Part shown: piece after piece, positions 16,802 to 27,113 of the stretch
How the letters are laid out: every line of letters starts with the position of its first letter
How positions within the stretch are numbered: position 1 is the first letter of the stretch
Source: Nitrosopumilaceae archaeon
GTDB lineage: Archaea; Thermoproteota; Nitrososphaeria; Nitrososphaerales; Nitrosopumilaceae
Length of the DNA stretch: 64,000 nucleotides
NCBI GenBank assembly: GCA_005798405.1
Contig: SYJQ01000006.1
Span: 43,486 to 107,485 of the forward strand
Direction of reading: 5' to 3'
Translations under genes and position numbers: made by a program
Notes under the pieces: generated by a model
What the model was told of the DNA's origin: nothing
Database searches by the model: none
The model's input: the letters and a program-made list of their open reading frames with translations, nothing else

Positions 16802-19800
16802 ATGTCTGAAAATGATGCTATTTCTCGTATTAGTGGTATTAAGATGCCAGATTATTACCTCAATTATTACTCTGATCTTTCAAAAGACACCTATACAATT
16901 TTTGAGCATGCAGCCTTAGCAAAATCAAGTTTAGTAGATTCTTCAGGAATAATTGAGCCTAAAATTGCATTTGATTTGGCAGATCGGGTTGCTAAAATGC
17001 ATGATATTGATATTGCTGAACCGTTACGAGAATTATTAAAAATCAATGGAAAAGAACTAACTGCATTAATTCTATCAAAAGAAATTGCATTAGGTAAATA
17101 CTCACTTACTGATTCCACTTTAGAACAAAAACTGGATTTGGCAGTTAGAGTAGGTCTAGCTATAGTTACAGAAGGAGTAACAATTGCTCCATTACAAGGA
17201 ATTAGTGAAGTTAAGATAAAGAAAAACAAAGATGGTAGTGAATACCTTTCAGTATCCATTGCTGGACCAATGCGTTCAGCAGGAGGAACTGAATCAGCAG
17301 TAACAATACTAATTGCTGATCATGTGCGAAAAGCAGTTGGTTTATCAAAATATCAAGCAAATTGCTTTGATGATGAAACTGGTAGATTTGTTGAAGAGCT
17401 TCGAATCTATGAAAGAGAAGCAAGTAGTTTCCAATTTCATATTTTAGATGAAGATATTGAACATGTAATATCAAACTTACCTGTAGAATTAGACGGTGTA
17501 GACACAGATCCTTTTGAAGTTGTAAACCATAAAGGAATGACTCGTATTAAAACAGACAGAGTTAGAGGCGGCGCATTAAGAGTTCTAAACGACGGATTAA
17601 TTGGAAGATCTAAAAAATTACTTAAAAGAATTGAACTATACAAATTAGATGGTTGGGAATGGTTTGGAGATCTAAAAGGAGCAGTTCAAACAGGAGATAA
17701 TCAGGAAGATGCAGCGGCTAAGAGAATGCGTGAGGTCATTACAGGAAGATCCGTTCTATCAATGCCTAACAAACTTGGTGGATTTCGTTTAAGATATGGT
17801 AGAGCTTGTAATACAGGATTTGCAGCTGTAGGAATTAATCCTATAATTGCTGAGATCTTAGATCATACTATTGCTGTTGGTACTCAAGTAAAAATTGACA
17901 TACCTGGTAAGGGTGCAACTGTAGCTTTCGTTGATTCTATTGATACACCAATTGTTCGACTAAAAAATGGAAATGTTGTAAAAATAAAAGATGTAAAGCA
18001 TGGAATTGAAATTAAGGGCGAAATTGAAAAAATTCTTCATTTAGGTGACATCCTGATCTCATTTGGAGATTTCTTAGAAAATAATGCTCAACTTGTGCCT
18101 ACTGGATATGTTGAAGAATTCTGGATTGAGGAATTGAAAGAAAAATTAACAAAATACGCTCCAGAAGATGAATTTCTAACTCAATTCTTAACCAAAATTC
18201 CCACTTTAGATGAAGCATTGAAAATATCATTAGATTTTCAAATACCACTACATCCACAATACCTGTATTATTGGGATCAAATATCACCTGAAGAACTCTC
18301 AAAAATTCTACATCCAAATAAAATCAATGAGACCTCAGTAGAATATTCTATTGAAGTAAAAAACATTCTTGAAAAACTTGGAGTTCCACATAAGATGAAT
18401 AACACCCAAATAATTCTTGAAAAAGAAGAAGCAAGAATTTTCTATAATCTTTTATTTAGACATGAACCACAAATTAGTGATCTATCCACACCAGAAATTC
18501 TCTCAAAATCATCTGGAATTGAAATTAAAAATAAATTCTCAACTTCAATTGGGGTTAGAATAGGAAGACCTGAAAAAGCAGCTCCTAGACAAATGAAACC
18601 ACCAACACATGTATTGTTTCCAATTAATGATAAAGGAGGTCCAACCAGAGATCTCTTAAAAGCATCAAGACAAGATAATTTCTTCACTAATATTTTCAAC
18701 AGATATTGTAGTGAATGTAATGAACCATCAATTGGAATAAAATGCTCAAAATGTGGAACTAAGACATCAGTAATTTATCGGTGTAATAATTGCCGTGATA
18801 AACTTGATAATCCATACTGTGAAAAGTGTAAACGAAAAGCTTCATCACACTCCCATCAAGCCTTTCCATTAAAAAAAAAATTGTTGATAGCACAAGAAAA
18901 AATAGGTTTACGTGCTCAAGAACCATTCAAAGGAGTCAAGGAATTAATCAATCAAGACAGAATTACAGAACCGCTGGAAAAAGGATTAGTTCGTCAAAAT
19001 TTTGGTCTTACAGTATTCAAAGATGGGACTGTACGCTTTGATGCGACAAACTCTCCTCTCACTCAATTCAAACCATCATGGATTGGAACATCTATTGACA
19101 AACTACACAGCCTAGGTTATACTCATGATATTGATGGAAAACCACTAACAAACCCAGATCAGATAGTTGAACTTCGAATGCAAGATATTATTATTCCAAA
19201 TGAAAGTGGAAGATATCTTGTATCCACATGTAAATACATTGATACTATCTTAGAGAAATTTTATGAAAAATCTATTTTTTATAATGTTAAAAACACAGAC
19301 GAATTAGTTGGCCATCTAATAATTGGATTAGCACCTCATACATCTGTAGGTATTGTTGGAAGGATAATTGGTTATACTGAAACACATGTTTGTTTTGCTA
19401 CCCCTAATTGGCATTCTGCTAAAAGAAGAGATGCAGATGGAGATGCTGATTCAATTATGCTCTTAATGGACAGTCTTCTAAATTTCTCACGACAATTTCT
19501 TTCAGATAGAATTGGTGGATTAATGGATGCTCCATTACTGATTCAACCACTTGTATTACCACATGAATCACAACCACAAGCACACAATCTGGAAGTAGTA
19601 AAATTTCTTCCACTAGAATTCTTTAAATCAACAATTCAACAAAACAAAGCCTCAGACGTTACATGTGTAGATATTATAAAATCACGTCTGGAAACAGAAA
19701 GACAATTTTTTGGATATTACTTTACACACTCTACAACTTCCCTTACTACATCAAAATCACGTAGTGCATATTCCACACTTGGTTCCATGCTTGATAAATT

Positions 19801-20179
19801 CGATATGCAAATTAGAAATGCCGAACTAATTGATGCAGTAAACACATCTGAAATTGTTTCAAATGTAATCTCCACTCATCTAGTTCCTGACATTATGGGA
19901 AACCTTCGTGCTTATGCTAGACAAAACTTCAGATGTACTGGTTGTGGAAAATCATATCGCAGAATGCCATTAATTCAAACTTGTATTTGTGGTCACAATC
20001 TAATTCCAACTATAACTAGAGGCTCAGTTGAAAAATATCTTAAACTTGCAAAGAGATTAGTGGAAAAATACGATGTTGGTGTATATCAAAAAGGACGAAT
20101 ACATGCATTGTCTGATGAAATTGATTTAGTTTTTGGAAAGAATAAAGGTGATCAATCACTGTTAACTGATTACTCTTAG
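16802..20179 (+). CDS. polC: DNA polymerase II (PolD) large subunit DP2
   Basis: 1125 aa. Central Cys clusters (CSECNEPSIGIKCSKCG, CNNCRDKLDNPYCEKC), a C-terminal zinc motif (CTGCGKSYRRMPLIQTCICGH), and KRRDADGDAD catalytic-loop-like acidic residues. No intein-sized insertion is evident. Confidence 0.95.
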   Translation: MSENDAISRISGIKMPDYYLNYYSDLSKDTYTIFEHAALAKSSLVDSSGIIEPKIAFDLADRVAKMHDIDIAEPLRELLKINGKELTALILSKEIALGKYSLTDSTLEQKLDLAVRVGLAIVTEGVTIAPLQGISEVKIKKNKDGSEYLSVSIAGPMRSAGGTESAVTILIADHVRKAVGLSKYQANCFDDETGRFVEELRIYEREASSFQFHILDEDIEHVISNLPVELDGVDTDPFEVVNHKGMTRIKTDRVRGGALRVLNDGLIGRSKKLLKRIELYKLDGWEWFGDLKGAVQTGDNQEDAAAKRMREVITGRSVLSMPNKLGGFRLRYGRACNTGFAAVGINPIIAEILDHTIAVGTQVKIDIPGKGATVAFVDSIDTPIVRLKNGNVVKIKDVKHGIEIKGEIEKILHLGDILISFGDFLENNAQLVPTGYVEEFWIEELKEKLTKYAPEDEFLTQFLTKIPTLDEALKISLDFQIPLHPQYLYYWDQISPEELSKILHPNKINETSVEYSIEVKNILEKLGVPHKMNNTQIILEKEEARIFYNLLFRHEPQISDLSTPEILSKSSGIEIKNKFSTSIGVRIGRPEKAAPRQMKPPTHVLFPINDKGGPTRDLLKASRQDNFFTNIFNRYCSECNEPSIGIKCSKCGTKTSVIYRCNNCRDKLDNPYCEKCKRKASSHSHQAFPLKKKLLIAQEKIGLRAQEPFKGVKELINQDRITEPLEKGLVRQNFGLTVFKDGTVRFDATNSPLTQFKPSWIGTSIDKLHSLGYTHDIDGKPLTNPDQIVELRMQDIIIPNESGRYLVSTCKYIDTILEKFYEKSIFYNVKNTDELVGHLIIGLAPHTSVGIVGRIIGYTETHVCFATPNWHSAKRRDADGDADSIMLLMDSLLNFSRQFLSDRIGGLMDAPLLIQPLVLPHESQPQAHNLEVVKFLPLEFFKSTIQQNKASDVTCVDIIKSRLETERQFFGYYFTHSTTSLTTSKSRSAYSTLGSMLDKFDMQIRNAELIDAVNTSEIVSNVISTHLVPDIMGNLRAYARQNFRCTGCGKSYRRMPLIQTCICGHNLIPTITRGSVEKYLKLAKRLVEKYDVGVYQKGRIHALSDEIDLVFGKNKGDQSLLTDYS

Positions 20180-20183
20180 AATC

Positions 20184-21506
20184 TTATCTTAACTTGACGT
20201 ATTCATACGCACCAAGTTTATTATCAAAACAATATTGAACTTTTTGATAATTCTTTCTGAAAGCTTTTACTTTTGAAAGAATTTTCTTAGGATCTTTTTT
20301 CTCAATTACAACTTCTTTGATATACAACGCTATCTCTTTCATCTCATTTTGTTTCATACCTAGCCTTGTAATTTCAGAAACACCCAATCTTATTCCACTC
20401 GGATGAAAATAGTTACGACCTGCTTTAATATCTCCAGGAATAAGTTGTCTGTTTACAATTATGTTGGCTTTTTCTAAATCTGCCTCAACCTTTCCACCAT
20501 CAGAATAATCTAAAACATTTACAGCGACTTGATGCGATTCTGTAAATCCTCTACTTTCACCTAATACTTTGAATCCAGCATCATTAAGAGACTCTGCAAA
20601 AACTTTTGCATTTTTTATAATTTGACTTGCATAATCCTTTCCAAACTCTAATGCTTCTGCAAAAGCTACTGCTTTTCCTGCCATATGATGAATGTGATGA
20701 CTGCTAGTTAATCCCGGAAATGTCGCTTTCTTTATTGCATCTTCATGTTTTTCAGAACCCAAAACAAGTCCACCTTGAGGTCCAAACAGAGTTTTATGAG
20801 TACTCATTGTCATAGTATCTGCACCTTCACGCAATGGATCCTGAAATTTTCCACCAGCAATCAATCCTGCTACATGCGCTGCATCATAATTGATATGCAT
20901 ATCAAAACTCTTTAGAAAATCTGCCAACTCTTTAACAGGATGTGGAAACAAAAATAATGATCCACCAAACATTGCCATTTTTGGTAGACGACCTATTTTC
21001 TTTAACTCCTCTACTTTTTGTTTTGTCTTATCAACATCAATAGCCATCTCTTCAGCATCAAATGGATAAAATTCAATTTCCAAACCATGTACTAATCCTG
21101 CAGTTCCTGAATGCTCTTTCTTACCATGAGAAATATGACCTCCCGCAGGAATAGAAGGTGCTAACATCACATCACCTGGATTTGTAAAAGCAGAATATAC
21201 TGCAAGATTGGCAACTACACCAGAAATAGGTCTCACATCTGCAAATTTGGCCTTGTACAACTTCTTTGCCAACTTCATACATTCAAACTCAACATCATCA
21301 ATGTACACACAACCTGCATAAACTCTCTCACCAGGCCAACCTTCAGCATATCTATTACCAAAATCCGATATAATTGCCTCTCTTACTGCTGGACTAGGAA
21401 TATTTTCACTTGCAATTAATGGAATAGAATTTTCAAACCATTTGTGATGCTCTTTTAACTTTGAGAAAATTTTATTGTAAGACTCTTTATTTGCTGACTT
21501 GACCAT
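20184..21506 (-). CDS. glyA: Serine hydroxymethyltransferase
   Basis: IPLIASENIPSPAV, the PLP-lysine motif STHKTLFGPQGG, and typical length. Confidence 0.95.
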   Translation of the reverse strand: MVKSANKESYNKIFSKLKEHHKWFENSIPLIASENIPSPAVREAIISDFGNRYAEGWPGERVYAGCVYIDDVEFECMKLAKKLYKAKFADVRPISGVVANLAVYSAFTNPGDVMLAPSIPAGGHISHGKKEHSGTAGLVHGLEIEFYPFDAEEMAIDVDKTKQKVEELKKIGRLPKMAMFGGSLFLFPHPVKELADFLKSFDMHINYDAAHVAGLIAGGKFQDPLREGADTMTMSTHKTLFGPQGGLVLGSEKHEDAIKKATFPGLTSSHHIHHMAGKAVAFAEALEFGKDYASQIIKNAKVFAESLNDAGFKVLGESRGFTESHQVAVNVLDYSDGGKVEADLEKANIIVNRQLIPGDIKAGRNYFHPSGIRLGVSEITRLGMKQNEMKEIALYIKEVVIEKKDPKKILSKVKAFRKNYQKVQYCFDNKLGAYEYVKLR

Positions 21507-21613
21507 GTTTTGCGAATTGATTTTCCCAATTTAAAAACACCGATTTTAGACTATTTTATTTATGAATTTTTGATCTGCAACGTATAAAAGGGGAGTCGGA
21601 GGTTTTTTCATCT

Positions 21614-23290
21614 ATGGGTATGCAAGCAACTTCTAAAGGTACTATGCCTGTTGTATTGCTAAAAGAAGGGGGTTCTGAAACCAAAGGACGAGACGCCCAA
21701 AAAAATAACATTGCAGCAGCTAAGATAATTGCCGAAATTGTACATACTAGTCTTGGTCCAAGAGGTATGGATAAAATGCTAGTTGATTCTTTGGGAGATG
21801 TTACTATTACTAATGATGGTGCAACCATCTTAAAAGAAATTGATGTACAACATCCAGCAGCAAAAATGCTAGTTGAAATATCAAAAACCACTGATAATGA
21901 AGTAGGAGACGGTACCACATCTGCTGTAATTCTAGCTGGCGCTCTTCTGGAGAACGCTGAATCACTTTTAGACCAGGATGTTCACCCAACAATTATAGTT
22001 GATGGATATAGAAAGGCAGCTAAAAAAGCAAAACAATTTCTTCAAGACATTGCTGAAACTGTAACTGCAAATGATAAAACAATTCTTAATAAAATTGCAA
22101 AAACTTCTATGCAAACAAAACTGGTAAGAAAAGATTCTGATCAATTAGCAGATATTGTTGTAAAGGCAGTTCTTGAAGTTGCTGAAAAAGAGGGTGAAAA
22201 ATATACTGTAGATATTGATGATATTAAAGTAGAAAAGAAGGCTGGTGGTTCGATTAAAGATTCTGTTATAATTCAAGGCATTGTACTTGATAAAGAAATA
22301 GTTCATGGTGGTATGCCAAGAAAAATTTCTGATGCAAAAATAGCCTTAATTAACAAAGCTCTTGAAATTAGTAAAACTGAAACTGATGCTAAAATCAACA
22401 TCTCAAATCCACAACAATTGAAATCATTTCTTGATGAGGAAAATAGAATGTTAAAGAATATGGTGGACAAAGTAATTGGCTCTGGAGCCAATGTAGTATT
22501 ATGTCAAAAAGGAATTGATGATATGGCTCAACATTATCTTGCTAAAGCAGGAATTATTGCAGTTAGAAGAATTAAAGAAAGTGATCTTACAAAACTAGCA
22601 AAAGCAACTGGGGCTAGAATCGTAAATAATTTGGATGATATATTTGAAAAAGATCTAGGTGACGCTCAATTAGTAGAAGAAAGAAAAATTGAAGAGGACA
22701 AATGGGTTTTCATTGAAGGTTGTAAACATCCAAAATCTGTTACATTACTTCTCCGTGGTGGTTCTCAAAGAGTAGTTGATGAAGTTGAACGTTCAGTCCA
22801 TGATTCACTTATGGTAGTAAAAGATGTAATTGAAAAGCCACAAATTGTTGCAGGTGGCGGTGCACCAGAAACATATGCTGCAACTAAAATAAGAAGTTGG
22901 GCAAAATCACTAGAAGGCAGAGAACAATTAGCTGCTGAAAAATTTGCAGATTCTCTTGAATCAATTCCTTTAACACTTTCAGAAAATGCTGGAATGGATC
23001 CAATTGATACGCTCACACTTCTTCGCTCTAGACAAATGAAAGGAGAAAAATGGACAGGAATAGATGTTATGAAAGGTAAAATTGGAAATATGAAGTCAAG
23101 TGATATCATTGAACCATTAGCAGTTAAACTTCAAATTGTTTCTGCAGCTGCAGAGGCAGCTTGTATGATTCTTAGAATCGATGATGTAATTGCCACACAA
23201 AAATCTGCAGGACCACCACCTGGAGCAGAGGGTGGTATGCCTGGAATGGGCGGAATGGGTGGTATGCCTGATATGGGCGGAATGATGTAA
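21614..23290 (+). CDS. ths: Thermosome subunit (group II chaperonin)
   Basis: LGPRGMDKML, ITNDGATIL, VGDGTTS, and a GGM-repeat C-terminal tail. Confidence 0.95.
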   Translation: MGMQATSKGTMPVVLLKEGGSETKGRDAQKNNIAAAKIIAEIVHTSLGPRGMDKMLVDSLGDVTITNDGATILKEIDVQHPAAKMLVEISKTTDNEVGDGTTSAVILAGALLENAESLLDQDVHPTIIVDGYRKAAKKAKQFLQDIAETVTANDKTILNKIAKTSMQTKLVRKDSDQLADIVVKAVLEVAEKEGEKYTVDIDDIKVEKKAGGSIKDSVIIQGIVLDKEIVHGGMPRKISDAKIALINKALEISKTETDAKINISNPQQLKSFLDEENRMLKNMVDKVIGSGANVVLCQKGIDDMAQHYLAKAGIIAVRRIKESDLTKLAKATGARIVNNLDDIFEKDLGDAQLVEERKIEEDKWVFIEGCKHPKSVTLLLRGGSQRVVDEVERSVHDSLMVVKDVIEKPQIVAGGGAPETYAATKIRSWAKSLEGREQLAAEKFADSLESIPLTLSENAGMDPIDTLTLLRSRQMKGEKWTGIDVMKGKIGNMKSSDIIEPLAVKLQIVSAAAEAACMILRIDDVIATQKSAGPPPGAEGGMPGMGGMGGMPDMGGMM

Positions 23291-23351
23291 ATCATTTTGA
23301 TATTAAATTATTTTTCAAAAGTTTATTTGATAATCTCATTTACGATTCACA

Positions 23352-23630
23352 TTGAATAAAACCACGTCTAAAATACTTGCAGGTTCCAAGTATATCTATC
23401 TCATAGCATTTTTTGCATTACTTTCAGGATTTTTCCACCCACTAATTACTAACACAAGTTTTGATAGTGTAGTAGTTGGAGTTATGGTGTTATTTGTTGG
23501 TCTAGCTGGCGGTATTTTACTTTACAAATCCGCTGTTTCTGAAAAAAGACGTATGATTTTTCTTGGTGGAGGTTTCTCACTAATAGCTATTTCATTATTC
23601 TACATCTTTCAGATTACTGGAAGAGTTTAG
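23352..23630 (+). CDS. Small membrane protein (3 predicted TM helices)
   Basis: Hydrophobic segments YIYLIAFFALLSGFF, VVVGVMVLFVGLAGGILLY and FLGGGFSLIAISLFYIF. Confidence 0.5.
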   Translation: MNKTTSKILAGSKYIYLIAFFALLSGFFHPLITNTSFDSVVVGVMVLFVGLAGGILLYKSAVSEKRRMIFLGGGFSLIAISLFYIFQITGRV

Positions 23631-25087
23631 ATATCAAAATATAGGTAAAACTCATGTGGATGAGGTCTAATTGAGATTTCACGCTGATCCCGTTTACCTA
23701 ACTCTATTATTTTATCAATTACGTCATTTGTGTAAATTGGACTAAGAAACTTTCTATCATTTTCTAATTCATCTAGTGCTTCACCGAGACTCTTTGGTAA
23801 AACTCCAATTCCTCTCTTAGCTCTATCTGATTTTGTCATTTTGAAAATATCATCACGTACTTGCTCACCAGGATCTATTTTCTTCTTAATTCCATCCATC
23901 CCTGCTGCAGTTACAGCAGCAAATACAAGATAAGGATTTGATGAAGGATCAGGGGCTCTAAATTCAAGTCTCTTAAGACTGGCATAATTTTTCCCTCTGA
24001 GATGTTGTGGTACTCTTACTATTGCAGATCTATTTCCTGCACTCCATGCGATATAAGCTGGTGCCTCATAGCCAGGGACAAGTCTATGATATGAATTAGT
24101 AGTAGGATTACAAATTGCAGATAACGCTTTTGCATGATTAATAATTCCACCACAAAAATATCTTGCAGTCTGACTTAATTCATCTGCATCATCTGAATCA
24201 TAAAATGCATTCTCTTTTCCTTTCCATAAACTTACGTTGACGTGCATACCAGACCCTGCATCCATTGCAATAGGTTTTGGCATCATAGTTGCAACCTTTC
24301 CATATTTTTGTGCTACATTTTTTATTACATATTTGTAAGATTGAGCAGCATCTGCTGCATTTGTCATGTAATCATATTTGATATCAATTTCACATTGTCC
24401 TGCAGTAGCAACTTCATGATGATGATTATCACATAAAATGCCAAAATCATTATTCAATATGTTTACACATTCATTTCTAAATGGAGTCAAAGTATCTGAA
24501 GGTGTACTTGGGTAATACCCCTCTTGAAGACCCATAGGATACCCTGTTCCTTCATTATTCCATGGAGCTTCTTTTGATTCAATTGAATAAGATTGACCTT
24601 TGTATGGAGTTAAAACATCCCAATGTACTTTATCAAAAACAAAAAATTCTACTTCTGGACCCCAAGCACTATAATCAAACCCCTGAGATTTTACATATTC
24701 TTCTGCTTTTTGTGATATTCCTCTAGGATCTCTAGATAGTCTACCTCTATCTCCACCCCAATAGATATCACATAGTAATCTAGCAGTCTTATTTTCAGTC
24801 ATCCATGGAATAATGGCAAAAGTGTTAGGATCTGGTTTTAAAATAAGATCTGAATCCTCAACACTGGCAAAACCAATTATGGATGAACCATCTAATTTTG
24901 GCAGTCCATCTCTCATTTGTTCTGGTGTAAATGTGATTGCTGAGATTGTAGTATGATGAAAACGACCAGTAAGACCAGTAAATTGTAAATCTATAAACTG
25001 AATTCCTTCATGTTGAATTCTGGCAAAAACTTCGTCTGGTGAATATGTTACTTGGATTGCTTTTCCATGACTAACTTTATAGGGCAA
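23627..25087 (-). CDS. glnA: Glutamine synthetase, type I
   Basis: GS motifs: FDGSS-like (KLDGSSI), GSGMHVNVSLW, NPYL, RxPxxLxEAL. TTG start. Confidence 0.95.
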   Translation of the reverse strand: MPYKVSHGKAIQVTYSPDEVFARIQHEGIQFIDLQFTGLTGRFHHTTISAITFTPEQMRDGLPKLDGSSIIGFASVEDSDLILKPDPNTFAIIPWMTENKTARLLCDIYWGGDRGRLSRDPRGISQKAEEYVKSQGFDYSAWGPEVEFFVFDKVHWDVLTPYKGQSYSIESKEAPWNNEGTGYPMGLQEGYYPSTPSDTLTPFRNECVNILNNDFGILCDNHHHEVATAGQCEIDIKYDYMTNAADAAQSYKYVIKNVAQKYGKVATMMPKPIAMDAGSGMHVNVSLWKGKENAFYDSDDADELSQTARYFCGGIINHAKALSAICNPTTNSYHRLVPGYEAPAYIAWSAGNRSAIVRVPQHLRGKNYASLKRLEFRAPDPSSNPYLVFAAVTAAGMDGIKKKIDPGEQVRDDIFKMTKSDRAKRGIGVLPKSLGEALDELENDRKFLSPIYTNDVIDKIIELGKRDQREISIRPHPHEFYLYFDI

Positions 25088-25141
25088 TTTTGTGCTTCAA
25101 TCAAACACAAATACATCCGAGATTTAAGGATTAGGTAAGAA

Positions 25142-25699
25142 ATGTCAGAAACAAATGAAATAGATCTTAACAAATTACACCATGTAGTACTACGAGAAAC
25201 TGAAAATGATTCAGTCCAAGAAATTAATCCTGATTTCTATAGAAATCTTTCAGACTTTATTGGTGACTTAAAAAAACAAGAATTTGATGGGGTAGAAAGC
25301 AAAATTAAAGAGGTCATAATTAATACAGCTACAGAACTAACATCACTTTTAATCAGTATTAGACTAAACAAAATTTCCAAATTGAACAATATAGATTTTA
25401 AAAACGTATTAGACGAAGAAAAATTTATCCTTGATGCTGAAGAAGAACAAAGAGAACGAACTGAAATGATCCTTTCTGCAACAATTAATGGAAAATCAAA
25501 ATTTCTTGAATCTATTTCTCAAAATCATAAAACCAAAACTGTTGTTATTAGATTTCTTCAAGAAGTAGATGAAATTATAGGTGCTGATTTGGAAAAATAT
25601 GGACCTTTCAAAACAGAAGATATTGCAACAATACCATACGAAAATGCTCAGGCATTAATTTCTAAAAATATTGCAACCAAAGTTCGTTGGGAAGATTAG
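25142..25699 (+). CDS. GINS subunit (Gins51-like)
   Basis: INPDFYRNL in the A-domain and a C-terminal B-domain-like VVIRFLQEVDEIIGADLEKYGPFKTEDIATIPYENAQALI. The size is typical of archaeal Gins51. Confidence 0.6.
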   Translation: MSETNEIDLNKLHHVVLRETENDSVQEINPDFYRNLSDFIGDLKKQEFDGVESKIKEVIINTATELTSLLISIRLNKISKLNNIDFKNVLDEEKFILDAEEEQRERTEMILSATINGKSKFLESISQNHKTKTVVIRFLQEVDEIIGADLEKYGPFKTEDIATIPYENAQALISKNIATKVRWED

Positions 25700-25730
25700 A
25701 TAGAAATTACACCTCTAATAATTTTCATTT

Positions 25731-26015
25731 ATGACACATACAGGAGTTGATGTAGTTGATTTTCTCTTTTATACAATTTATCCAGTAATTGGCATTTTTA
25801 CAGTTGAAGCAATTAGTAGAGTCATTAAAGCTCCAAAATGGCTTAAACTCTGGTCACAAGCTGTTGTATCAATAGGATTTGGAATTTATTATTGGTTTGT
25901 GTTGCCTGCACCTCAAAATTTTCCATTAACTGCAATGGTTATGTTTGCACTTGCTATAGCATTAATTTATCAAGGAAAACGTGCAAAAATATCTCCTGAT
26001 AAAAGTCACTATTAG
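25731..26015 (+). CDS. Small membrane protein
   Basis: Three hydrophobic helices. No family recognised. Confidence 0.5.
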   Translation: MTHTGVDVVDFLFYTIYPVIGIFTVEAISRVIKAPKWLKLWSQAVVSIGFGIYYWFVLPAPQNFPLTAMVMFALAIALIYQGKRAKISPDKSHY

Positions 26016-26023
26016 ATTCTTAA

Positions 26024-26251
26024 CTAATCTTTGAATCTTCGAAACATTCGTTTGAATACATTTTGTTTGTTTGGACCTCCATCTCTAATTACTTTTTTCT
26101 CCCCAAATCTACGAGCTCTAATCTGAGTTAATTTCACACATCTATGTTCTTCTGGAAGTCTATGCTCTGCACAAAACGGATCCTTACAATAATTGCATTG
26201 AAAAGGCATATCTGCCATATCTCCACAATAAGCACACTTTTCAGGTTTCAT
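26024..26251 (-). CDS. AN1-type zinc-finger protein
   Basis: CAYCGDMADMPFQCNYCKDPFCAEHRLPEEHRC matches the AN1 Cys/His pattern. Confidence 0.75.
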   Translation of the reverse strand: MKPEKCAYCGDMADMPFQCNYCKDPFCAEHRLPEEHRCVKLTQIRARRFGEKKVIRDGGPNKQNVFKRMFRRFKD

Positions 26252-26368
26252 AATTAATTAGCAATTTTTCTTCTAATAAACTTGTTATTATCTGATTGAA
26301 AATTTAATTTTTAAAAAATTCATGTAAACGTTTTTACGATGTTAAAATTAAAAATAATTAAGTGAATT

Positions 26369-27112
26369 TTGATGATTGAAAATAAAGTAGCGATCATAAC
26401 TGGAGCAAGTAGTGGAATAGGTTTTGCTACAGCATTAGCACTTTCAAAAGCAGGAGCAAAAGTTGCAATAGGTGCAAGACGAACTGATATGCTTTCTGTA
26501 TTAGAAAAAAAGATTAAAGAAAATGGTGGAGAGGTTTATTCCCAAAAATTAGATGTTACTAAGAAAAATGAATGTAATTCTTTTGTTGATAATGTTATAA
26601 AAAAATGGGGCACAGTGGATATTCTAGTAAATAACGCTGGATTAATGCCTCTAAGTTTTTTCAAAAATTTGAAGATCGACGAATGGGATCAAATGATAGA
26701 TGTCAATATTAAAGGAGTCTTGTATTGTACTGGAGCTGTAGTTACACATATGCTTGAAAAGAAATCAGGTCATATAATTAACATCTCATCAGTTGCAGGA
26801 AGAATAGTTTTTCCTGCAGGTAGTGTTTATTGTGCAACAAAACATGCAATTACAGCATTTAGTGAGGGATTAAGACAAGAGCTTAGTGTTCGAAAAAATA
26901 TTCGTGTTACATGTATTGAACCCGGAGTTGTTGCAACAGAACTGACAAACACAATTACCGATGAATCATTACAAGGATTTGTTGAAAATGCTAAAAAAAT
27001 GGAATCTCTACAAGCTGAAGACATTGCAAATGCTATTGTTTATGCTGTAGAATCACCAAATCATGTTAATGTCAATGAAATTCTAATTAGACCTACTACT
27101 CAAGATCGTTAA
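26369..27112 (+). CDS. Short-chain dehydrogenase/reductase (SDR)
   Basis: TGASSGIG, NNAG, and the catalytic YxxxK (YCATK). Confidence 0.9.
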   Translation: MMIENKVAIITGASSGIGFATALALSKAGAKVAIGARRTDMLSVLEKKIKENGGEVYSQKLDVTKKNECNSFVDNVIKKWGTVDILVNNAGLMPLSFFKNLKIDEWDQMIDVNIKGVLYCTGAVVTHMLEKKSGHIINISSVAGRIVFPAGSVYCATKHAITAFSEGLRQELSVRKNIRVTCIEPGVVATELTNTITDESLQGFVENAKKMESLQAEDIANAIVYAVESPNHVNVNEILIRPTTQDR

Positions 27113-27113
27113 A

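Noticed and set aside
18871-18880. A10 homopolymer inside the essential PolD large-subunit gene (codes LKKKL)
   Set aside because: It stays in frame here, and poly-A/T runs of this size are common in this AT-rich sequence. There is no evidence of programmed slippage.
23221-23290. GGM-repeat low-complexity tail (GGMPGMGGMGGMPDMGGMM)
   Set aside because: This is the well-known flexible C-terminal tail of chaperonins, not a novel repeat.
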